Shown here piece after piece: positions 1 to 11,400 of a stretch of 64,000 nucleotides of DNA. The stretch is from Podarcis liolepis. Its lineage: Eukaryota. The DNA is taken from NCBI GenBank assembly GCA_965112155.1, contig OZ218098.1. One strand, 5' to 3'. The position numbers and the translations under genes were made by a program. Within the stretch, counting starts at the first letter, position 1; each line of letters begins with the position of its first letter. The notes under the pieces were generated by a model that was not told where the DNA came from, made no database searches, and was given only the letters and a program-made list of their open reading frames with translations.

Positions 1-238
1 CCTCTGTTGTATGATTGACACCAACCCAGACTGATATAGATCTCTGCTCTGCAGTTTAATATAGATAATTTTATTTACTGTTTCAGATGATTTTTTAACT
101 TTAGTATTGCCATTGTGTATTACATTGACTTTTACAGGACTGAGACTGCTGTGATAAAGGGCAGGTTATCAGTGCTTTAAATACATAGGCAAATGCTGAA
201 TACGCCTGCAGTACCTAAAATCCTGGAAGTTAAAGGGA

Positions 239-460
239 CAATGGAACCTCGGAAGCCAAACGTAATCTGCTCTGGAAGGACGTTTGACTTCCGAAACATT
301 CAAATTCAGAGATGCGGCTTCCAGCTAGGCTTTTTGCAGATCAGAAGTTGAATGTTCAGATTCCGAGGAATGTTTGAAAACCAGAACATTTACTTCTGGG
401 CTTTTGACGTTCGGGAGCCAAAATGTTCGGGAATGAAGTGGTTTACAATGAAGGGAATGG
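239..460. mobile_element. Degenerate Tc1/mariner(Tigger)-like MITE remnant
   Basis: Begins CAATGGAACCTCGG, resembling the CAGTGGTACCTCGG TIR of other MITEs here; right end decayed. Confidence 0.4.
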
Positions 461-1104
461 AGTACTTTATTAGTATTTTGTCCAGCAAAGCTTTCAAGAC
501 TGATGCTGGAAAGCAGCACTAATGGTTTAATTCAATCTGTTTAACAGAGAAACTGAAAAGTAATGGGAGTTCCTTTATGCCAACATATATCGTATTGTTC
601 GGCATTACGTATATATTATTTCTTTGATTATTTCTTTCACAAATGTGCTAATAAAATTGATTTCAATGGGCAAGCCAACTTCCTTTTGAATAAAGTTTAT
701 TCCTATGAATCCTATGAAACAAAAGCTGCACTTCTACAAGGCTTTTCGATGCATTACTTAGGCTGGTCAATTAAATTACTGCATTATGGCAGTAGTATAA
801 GAGGAAGCATGCTATTAAATAAGATGGTTGAAAACAAACGTAAGACAGAAACAAGATGAAGTATGGGCTTCATATCTTCACTCAGAAGTATTGAGGCTTA
901 ATTACATGTAAAGAATGAACTGACACTTGATGTCATCACAAGTTGACCAAACTTTCTAGTAACAGTACTTACCGTAAATTTCGCTCCAAAACACGCACTT
1001 TTTTGCTCCGAGAAAGTAAGGGAAAATGCCTGTGCGTGTTAAGGAGCGAATGCACGGATCAGAGCCATGGCTGCCGTCATTCAGGCAAAGCGGGAGCCAC
1101 TTAC

Positions 1105-1144
1105 ACGCTCTACGAGGCTCTCACTTTGCTTTCTTTAAAGCGAC
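1105..1144 (-). other. YLPM1: Candidate stop-containing (poison) cassette exon of YLPM1, encodes GRFKESKVRAS*
   Basis: Pyrimidine-rich acceptor ctctccttccctccctccttcctggctccag|, donor CGT|GTAAGT; second strong donor ACG|GTAAGT at 973/972; in-frame TAG 1110-1112. Confidence 0.6.
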
Positions 1145-2416
1145 CTGGAGCCAGGAAGGAGGGAGGGAAGGAGAGCCATAGCAGCAAAGCCGGCTGCCGC
1201 TTACACGGGAGGAGGGACAGACGCTAGCAAAGGTCTGCGCGCTCTCTAAACAGAGCAATGAGGCTGCAGAGAGACGGCAGGAAAGATAAAATTTAAGCAA
1301 CCAGCAGCAAAATAAAACCAACCTCGAGCGCAGTGAAAACCAGGAAGTAAAAAAAAAGGCTGGGGAGGGCATGAGGGAGAGGGGAAAACTTCGCAAATCC
1401 CACGCGTCTCAGCTGATCTGGAGCAGCTTGTTTTCAGGCAGGATAGATTTGAGCATTGTCTGGGTCCTAGTGCCCCTACCTCTTTTTTGTGCTCCATTCT
1501 ATTGCTGCTGGTGGCTGCTTATCATTCAGGCTGCAAGGAGGAGCACTTTTACACAGCTGCAATCCAAGTCCTCCTCACTTGCTCAAATCTATTCCGCCTC
1601 AAAACAAGGAGCGGAAGGAAAAGGCTGCAAACTGTTAAATGGGAAAAAAAACCCAGGCACAGGGCAAATACCTTAAGTATACCTTTAAAGCAACAGTGCT
1701 CTTTCCCTCCCTCCTCCCCGCGGAAAAGCTCCTTGTCCCTTGAGTTCTTTTCCTTCCCTCCCCACTTAAAACGTGGTTACAAAGCACGGATCCACATGGA
1801 TCCTCAGGATTTTTGCATTGGGCTACCCCAAACTCACTGTCAGATCACATGTCTGTGGCCACAGCATGAACCATAAAAATCATACATCCACTGTTTCATT
1901 TAGAATATTTTTTCCTCATTTTCCTCCTCTAAAAACTACATGCGTGTTATGGTCAGATGCGTGTTATAGAGCGAAAAATACGGTAGATATGCTTGTGGTC
2001 ATTTGTTGTTCCCAACTACGCTAAAGCAAAGCATAATGCCGAACAACATATGAAAACTAATCCGTTTAATATAAATGCCCCGTGAATAAAATTATGGTGT
2101 AAAGAAGAATATAAATTGATTATATTATCCTTAGCAGGAAATGCAAATACAACTCACTTATTTGAATGCTAGAATAAATGTAACTGCATCACGCAAACCA
2201 CACAAAAAGCTACAAGTTAAAGGATTTGATTATTTGTACCTTTTCCAACAATAAAAGGTAAGTGCATATTACACAGCTCAGAGATATTTGTATTTTCAGA
2301 AATGGCATACTCAATTCATATCATTTTGCCTTAGGCAAGTGTTCAGAGCTGCAAACAAGAGATGTGCAAATACTGTCATATATATTTTACTAGGAAAAAA
2401 GAAATGAAATACCCAC

Positions 2417-2468
2417 CTAGTTTTGCTTCAGAAGTATCCATCTCCCATTTGCTTTTCGGAATGTAACC
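2417..2468 (-). CDS. YLPM1: YLPM1 exon 18 (GYIPKSKWEMDTSEAKL)
   Basis: atttag| acceptor, TAG|GTGGGT donor; 52 nt, phase 0-1; too short for the ORF track. Confidence 0.93.
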
Positions 2469-5400
2469 CTAAATCATATACAGAGAGAAGCTCGAAGGAT
2501 TAGAGAGAGATAAGAGACATAACATACATTTTAATTGGCAAAAGCATTATACTGTAAACATTTCCTTAGGGCTACCTGAATGAGAACTGTGAATGGGAAG
2601 AATGTTTTTTAAAATGCAAATTCCTGCAAACAAAATAATAATTCCATCATATCCAGTGCAAGATACCACTCTCAGTAAATAAAGGGCTCCTGAGTCAGTT
2701 TACAGCAACAACAGTAGAAATACCTATTACATATTTCTCAATGTGGCATGATCTGAAGTATATTTGTGACAAGTCACAGAGACCCATGCACATCTTGGCT
2801 CTCCAGATTTCCCCAACACTGTGTGCTGCATCATAATGCCCTATTTTTTGGGAGGGGGAGAGGGTGTAGCAGGAAGGAGGCTTAAGAGGTTCTAGGGTTT
2901 GAGTAAAGAGTTTTACCCATTGTTATTTGCATTCTTTCCAGAGTACTTTCCACAAACATAGGATCAAATTATTTATTTGAAATAGGTATCTTTTTTCAAC
3001 TGTACAGAAGAATTCCGCAATTTGTGTTCCGACTACACAGTGTCTTTTTATTAAACAATTTTATAATGGCACAAATATTTAATGTGAGAGAACATAAAAA
3101 CGCCGTGCGAATCCGGTTTTATTCCTTTGGCTAGCTTTAGATTATATTTTATATATGAGGATATCTCCATATGCTCATCTTGAGTTTGATGATGTTTATG
3201 TTATATAGTGCTAGTCACAGATGTAATGCCAAGTGTAATGTGTGAACTTAAACAAGTCCGGTTCCGATCCAACAGAGCATGTCTGAAGTACTTCATGAGT
3301 AACTTGCTTTTTCAAAAATAAGAAGAAATCCCATCAACCAGCTATTTGGTAGCAAATGGGACTGAATACAGTGATTGTTCTTTCTTCTGAGCAGCTGACA
3401 CTATTTCAGCTTTGTAAAGAAAACAATGTTTATGCAGCCCGGGCTGCTGGATTGGAAAGCGGTACTGAGAGAGAAACACATGTTTTGTGAACAAGAATGC
3501 CCCATTCAGCTACTGACACACATGCACGGGCCCTAAGTGAAAGTCTGTAATAACAAAAGTACAACCCTAACAATCATTCTTTGTGAAGATTTTATGTGAA
3601 CAGTGTGTCTCAACTGAATATAACAAACATTTAACTTCATCCAGATAGGACAGGTGTACAGTTAGTTGGTAGAAAACCTGATCTAGAAGCAGATGTACAA
3701 CCTGTTCTGGATGTACTCTGCATCCCTTTTGATGAATCAGGTTTGTAGCATGAAGAATGCTCCTTGATCCAGTGCTGATTTTCAAGGTTGTGACTTGGGA
3801 GTGTCTTTTACCTACTTAGGCTATTATACCAGCTGCTACCTTCCCTGGAAAATTCACATCTGGTTGTAGTCATTTATGCACCACAAAACTTTGTAACCCG
3901 CCTACATGGGGTTGCCCTTGAAAAGTGTCCCAAGACTTTAAATAGTGCAAAATACCACAGCCAGGTTGCCAGCAGGAACGAGCCAGTCAGAGCATATTAT
4001 TCCAAGTATTGGTTGATCTGCATTGTCTGCTGACAGGTTTCCAAATTCAGTTCAAGGTGTTTGTTCTTACCTTTAAAGCCCTACACATCTTGGGCCCTAT
4101 GTAACTTAAAGGCCAATGTATCTCTGGTAAGTACTACCTCAAGCGCCTGCACAATGCAAAGTTTGATGGTTGATGGGTAACGTTTGGTGGATGTCCTCTA
4201 GGAACAGAGAATTTTTAGTAGTACTGCTAGTTCTATGAAATGCTCTCCCCAGAAAGAATCACCTAGCCCCAAAATGGTATGCCTCCGGGTGCTAGTCAAA
4301 AACTTGACTCTTTGGGAAGACGTTTGGATCCCGGTGATTCTGTTCTCTCATGTATGAGTTATTCCATAGTCCCGTGTTTCCACTGAAATGACCGTGTTGT
4401 CTATTTTTGTTCTGCCACTGTGTACTTTTGCTTTGGTTTTTACTGTACTCATTCTATTGACCATGTTGCTACCTGTCTGGATTATTTATATAATAAAGCA
4501 TGATATAAATATTTTAAATAAACAAACCTTGTAAACCCTTATAGGTAATTCAGTTCATATAAATCCAATGAATGAGTCTGAATTCCATAAGTACATTTAG
4601 TTTCCTCATTTTAGAAATTCAGGAGTTTACTGCTTCTGTGAGAATATTAATCTGATCCTTAGTTCAAACCATGAAAAGCAAACAGAGGCCGAAGACAGAA
4701 GTGAAAAAAGGCAGAGGAGGAACTCTTTCTTCTTCTGATAGCCCCACAACTGCTTTTCTCATTCTTTCTCCACCCACCCTTTTGAAATACTGCCCCGGTT
4801 GTTGCTTTTCCTTACAAAACAAATTGAGGGAAATGTACACAAAATTTTGTATAGTGTGTAATTTGGCCCTCACTTCTGCTATAAAGAAATGGCATAACAC
4901 CAATGGAGTAATTCCGATTTCAAGGATGAAAAGCAAAGAACCTCTCAAATTGGCGCAATATCTATCCCTATGTATTTAGAATATTTCCCAGCTATTAGCC
5001 ATTGGGCCAAATTTCTTCAAGCTGTTTTCAATGGCGCTGAACCTTACCTGTGAGTTCTGCTCACAAAATGGGGCTTCCCTCTCCACTGCAACCTTCTGCA
5101 CACCCAGAAATGCAGTTCCTGAGGGTTTGGAGACCCTCTAGAAGGGCATGAAATAAGCATGGAAAGGCTGCAATGGGAAGGGAGAAGTGCTGAACATATG
5201 TAGTATCTTCCCTTGTGTAAGGAGAAGTACCTTTTGCTTGGCATTTTTGGGTCCAAACCATTGTCACTGTGGATCAGAAAATGTGGATCAAGATGTGGTG
5301 AAATAAAAGAAAGTGCACAGTAAGAATAAATGGAGTGTTATTCTAATGGAGGGCTGTAGAAAGTAGAGTCTCTCGAGATTTGGTATTGGGACAGGCACTT

Positions 5401-8400
5401 TTTAACAATGTAGAATTAGGGGAGAGAAGTGAGGAGGCCAAGTTTGCTGATGTTCACAGGCATTAAAACAAAAAGAGATTGTGAAGAGCTCTGAAAGGAC
5501 CTCTCCAAACTGTGATAATCGACGACTAAAATGGCAAATGCATTTTAATGTAAAGAAGAGTAAAGTGATACACGTCGGTGCAAAAAACATAAATCTCACG
5601 TATATGTTCAAGCGGTTGACTGACCAGGAAGAAGACCTTGGGGTCGTAGTGCACAGCTCAATGGATATGTGAATATGTTGACCCAGTGTGCAGCAGCTGT
5701 GAAAAAGGCAAATTCCATGCTTCGGATCGTTAGGAAAGGAACTGAAAATAAAATTGCCGATATCATAATGCCATTTCACAAATCTATAGTGCGACCGCAT
5801 TTGGAATACCGTGTGCCTTTCTGGTTGCCTATCCTCAAAAAAGATATTGTAGAATTGGAGAAGGTTCAGGAAAGGGCAACCAAAATGATAAAGGGGATGG
5901 AGCATCTCCCCTGTGAGAGAAGGTTAAAAACATTTCAGGCTCTTTGGTTTAGAGAAAAGCTGAGCCAGAGGCAACATGACAGAAGTGCATTATGCCATGT
6001 ACGCTATGGAGAAAGCAGATAATTCCCCCCTCTCTCATAGCAACAGAATCCGTCCAACGAAGCTGAATGTTTTGAGATTCAGGAAAAGTAAAAGGAAGTA
6101 CTTCTTCACATAGTACACAAATTATGGAATTCTATCCATAAGAGGCAGTGATGGCCACCAACTTTAGGAGAGAGGCTTTAAAAGAGAATTAGACAAATGC
6201 CATCAAGGGCTACTGACCCTTGTTGTGTCCACTGTCAGAGGACGTATGCTTCTGAAGAGCAGCTGCTTAAGTGCTGTTGCTGGGGGAAGGTCCAGGACGC
6301 TGGTGACTCTCCTTTGCCAAGGTCGTAAGTCAGTCTTAGGGCTAACAAGCTTTGGTATTTGTCCATCCACCTGATGTTTGAAGATCTTCAGGAACAATGG
6401 CAACCTCCAGACCGGTTCTCTCAGTCCCTCACTGAGTCAGCAGAAAACAACGCCCCAAAGACTAAACCAGAGGCATCGATGACTACATATTTATGAACCC
6501 TTCTCAATAAACCTAAGTTTTAATTTAACAGTATAAACCACATTTGTGTGGATTTTTAATAGCTGCTATCCTTCATCCTAATAGTTGTTTCTCATTAACA
6601 TTCAGAAGGGGATTATTGGGAAACAGTCAGGAACAGGCTACCCTCCTGAGGAAGGCAACATCCTCATGGTCTTTTACATGGTCTGTAAAAGATCTGTGTC
6701 CCCCCCCCCCCAAAAAAAAATATCTACCTAATGGTGCTGGATCTGAAGACTTTTAAACAAGAGAACTCAGTGGCTATACCAGATGAACAGACTTTGAGCA
6801 TCTGAAGCTCTTACACCTTCTGAGGTAAATACTGAATACTCTATGAACATCAAGTCAAAACCATTGCTCTTTGAGTTGGAGTATATTATCCAAATAGTTC
6901 ACCTTGCATATGCATTTAGAGTTCCAAGCTCCAGCTTAATAGGAAGCTTAACCAACAGTCCACTTTTGTACAAAGCCTTACAACTGAAATTAAGACAGCA
7001 AAAATACAATGACGAAGTACTACAAATAGAAATCATTGATTCTAAAGCATGGAAACGTCCTTGTGTCCTCTTATAATTCACAATGGACCTCCCCACAAGC
7101 AGTAATACTATAAATATGTCACCCTCAAAATATGTATCAACTATATATCAAATTATGTATCAACTATATATCTGATACACTCATTTTATAACCCTTTAAA
7201 ATGGTTATATTCCTGTTTGGGTTCTGTAAACAAAAAATGATTTAAAATAAAACTCAAATACAATACTGTAAACGTTCTATCCTTTCAAAAATAAAAATTT
7301 GAAAAGTAAATAAACAATTTACCAACTTGAAACATGTCATGAACAAGCTTCTAAAAATGGCTCGTGGCCCAATATACCAGGGAGGAATTAGGAGTTCTGA
7401 ATATATATGCATTGTGAAGCATTTTGATTATATCACAACTTAAATGTATCCACCATCATAAAGTTTCACTCATTTGAGACATGGAATTATATCTCGTTGT
7501 ATGTTTAACCTCCAGTTTCTTTGTCTTCCAGGTTACCCAGACTTTTATTCTTGCCATCAGCAGAACTTCCAAAGATCTCAGGAGTCAGTTGCTGGATGCT
7601 TTGAGAGATATCAAAATGTTAGCAGTCATTGCTGGGGCATCTCCTTTCATCTCTAGCTACTGCCGCTCAACTTCCAGGCAGATCAGCAAAGCCAACTGAA
7701 TTCCAGATGCTGGGATTTGGCTGTTTGCGGCGCATATATACATATACATGCTGTTGTTGTTTAGTCGTGTCTGACTCTTTGTGACTCCATGGACCAGAGC
7801 ACGCCAGGCACACCTGTCTTCCACTGCCTCCCGCAGTTTGGTCAAACTCATGCCGGTAGCTTCGAGAAGACCGTCCAACCATCTCGTCTTCTGTCGTTCC
7901 CTTCTCCTTGTGCCCTCCATCTTTCCCAACATCAGGGTCTCTTCCAGGTAGTCTTCTCTTCTAATGAGGTGGCCAAAGTATTGGAGCCTCAGCTTCACGA
8001 TCTGTCCTTCCAGTGAGCACTCAGGGCTGATTTCCATATACATATACGTATACGTATACATATATATATGTGTGTGTGTGTGCGCGCGCGAGAGAGAGAA
8101 TAATCAAAGAAACATGGTCTCCATAAAACAGTCAGGATCACCTCAGCTTTGCTTGTTCAAATTATTGTCACCAAAAAGCAGGAATATGTATCGAAGTCCA
8201 AAGAGGTCTTTCCACTGGCATGATGCTCGTAGCTTCCAGCTGGTTTTTCCAGTACCTTGAGTAACTGTTTTACCTTGATACTGGTTATTTCTTTGTCAGA
8301 GATGCATCAATTATTTCTTGACATGTCTCTGAATACAGCACCTTCTCATGGTTCAATTATACATGAACCTCAGAAATCTCATAAGTAAGCTGCAGAACCC

Positions 8401-11400
8401 AAGAATAGTCAAAATCAACTGATGCATGGCACTTTGTCTTCTTCAGGAACTTCAATTCAGAATTCTTTTTGGGGTGAACTGGTTCAGGATCTTGAAGTTC
8501 AGAAAGTGTTAATTGTGCCCTATTATCACTGAAGGGGAGGGAAGGTACCAGTGGAACTTCCTTGATGAGTTGTTCAACAGTGGAATGTAAGACCTGTAAG
8601 TGCTGTTCAACCATCAAAATGACTACCTTTCATATCTCAGAAGAAAGCAATGGCACCAAAAGCTTAACTGGATTTCTTCTTTTTTAGTGGGGAGGCTTGA
8701 CCTGGTTAGGAAAAACAGGACAAATCTTGCACAATACACACAATCCAACTGTTCTCTCTCTCGGACATCTTGGCTGGGGACTGTGCATTGCCATATGCTG
8801 TAGAAGAGCTGTAGCAACAACCCACTTCCCACAGGCAACGGATTCTGTGTTGGGCTGTTGTCTGATTTCTTCCTGACTTTGGTGTTGCATTAGAAAAAAG
8901 GGCCTATCTGGTTGTCAGCTTCTTAACCAAGCAATCTTGGGTCTTCTAGCTTCCTTTAAGCCATTAAACATGTAATCTCCACTCACGCTGAGCAAAGGAA
9001 ACAACAACCTCCCTTTGGCTATGAGGCTTATGTTCCAATGTTCCATTCCATTGGAACACGTAATGCTGGTGGTCAACAAAAGAGGTTTAAAGACTCTCTC
9101 AAGGCAAATCTAAAAAAATGTGGTATAAACACCAACAACTCGGAAACACTGGCCTGTTAGCGCTCCAACTGGAGAACAGCTTTTACCACAGGTGTTATGG
9201 GCGTTGAAGACTCTCAAACTCAGGGAGAAAGGTGCATAGAGGAAGGCACGCTTGGCAAACCCTCACCATGATCAACTCTAGTCCGGAAACCTATGTCCCC
9301 ACTGTGGAAGGACGTGTGGATCCAGAATTGGCCTCCACAGTCACTTACTGTTACTCACTGTTAAAACCTTGTTTATGGAAGGCAATTTTACTTGGCTACG
9401 AGTGATCACCAAAGAAGAAGTTGTTCAAATGCTTCAGCCATAAGTTTCTACAGAACACATTACCCAACATGGAACATGAAGAAAACTATCCTTATCTGCC
9501 ACAGTAAAGTTATGTAGGTCCTCCCACAAGTGCTTATGACCAGTCTCAGTGAAGGTTTTCCCCGGCTTGAACTATTTCTTTCCCATCTTTAAGAGCTTTT
9601 AACCTCAGGTGATAGAGATGACATATACGCTTCTGGTAGAAACATTCAGTACTACCACAGTCTTTTATGGCACAGTCTACAGCAGAGATTGCAGGGGACT
9701 ATTCATGGCCTTTTAAAGTATCTGAGAGACTCATGCACTTGAACAGCAATGACATGAGGAACCTCTCTCAGATCTCTTAGAAGATAGTCTTACCATTTGA
9801 ATTCCAGTTGATTTCCAGCTGGAAATTTTGGTCACCTGGGACCATGCCCTGATGTGCCTGTGGAATATACTATCTGCATTTCACCTAAAATGGCTACTAC
9901 TCCAAAAGCAGTCTCCATGCTAGGCCAAAAAGAAGTGGAATTATCCTGCCCTTCAGCCAAGGTGCTAGCAGGATGTGAAGATGGAAAGAGGAATATACAA
10001 TTCAAGAAAGGATCGTTAGTACTGTGTTTCAGCATATCCTAACATTTTCTACTTTGTACTCCCCTTCAAGAGGAAAGAGAGTGAAAGATGAAGATCAATG
10101 TCCCCCTCTCAGTCATCAGTGACTACATTAATGATGTGTCTTGCCTCTGCATCAGAGTTTCAGAGGAGTTCTGTCCTCCATTCAGATGCAGTATTGAAAG
10201 TACTTTGTTGCAGGAATGTCACGTTTAAAGAGTTCTGCTTTTTGGAGTTGGGAGAACAATTTGCCTCTTTGCTGACTGCTCTCTTATCAGCTGAATGAGA
10301 AGGAAATATTTTACTTAAGATCTTCAAAGGCTGAAATCCTGTAGTGGGGGCTTGCTTCTGAATAAACAAGCACAGGATTTCAATCCAAGAGCTATTTCTT
10401 ATAGCTAGAAAAAGTTTAGTTAAGAACAATTCTTCAGAAAACAGCGAAACGAAACTAACAATCTGAACATCTCTTTCTACATTCAGGATTTCAAAGAAAA
10501 TTTCTCCATTCTAAAATAATGAAGTATAAATCCAGAACTCCCATATTGTTGGAAATGGTATCAGCCAGGGGGAGGGGATTTGGATTTTAGTGCAGACAGA
10601 ATCCCTGTTAGGCACTGTAATAAGATAAATTTGTTGATGGGGTTGGGCTGATGTGTTTCCTACCAGTTCACTCTCTTCTTCCTCTGCATCTTTTTTGTTT
10701 TCTTCTTTCTGATCTTCAATGTTTGCATCAAAATCCTCCATCTCCACCTAAGCCAAGGTACAATTTGAAAACTACACATTACCTGTTTGTTAGAGATGTT
10801 GCAGCACTAACTTTGTACTTAAATAAGAGAGAATCAAAAACATTTTTTTGAATCAAAGATATGTATATACTATATAAGTAAGATTTATCTTTTCTTCAGA
10901 ATTGTACTGTATTTATTTATTCTTTTATTTCTCACCTCAGAAATTGATGAGAAATTTGCAACTTGCTTTTGTTCCACACATGATCTTTAATATTGATAAC
11001 TTTACATTACAATACTTCTCTTTCTCTCCACATATATGCAAATAGGTTGCTTTTTAAAAAACTCAAAATGTACACATTCCTATGCTTTCTTACAGTGGCA
11101 GACAACTTAAAAAGTCTTGAGCAGATGACTTTCTTCAGACACTTGTTATGTGAAAATGTGTATTTGTACCCATAGTATACTGTATAGGATCCTAAGTCAC
11201 TGACCCATACAATTACAGTAATCTCTTTCAGAAAGCTAAGATATTTACTCAAGAGTGAAAGAGAGAAAGTACTTTATGGAATGATATCAGTCAAACCACT
11301 ATGTTTTGCTGTGTGTTTCCTCATGGGAGTCCTGTGGCGGCCTCGGGAGTGTACAATTCTTCCAGATGTCTACTACTTTTCAGTTTAAGATTTCACTAAA

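Noticed and set aside
5402-6022. ORFs of 117-167 aa as host genes
   Set aside because: Frameshifted CR1 reverse-transcriptase remnant and its antisense.
7131-7171. Short tandem duplications (also about 21763-21798, 44038-44083, 62376-62421)
   Set aside because: Ordinary slippage-type duplications with no evident function.
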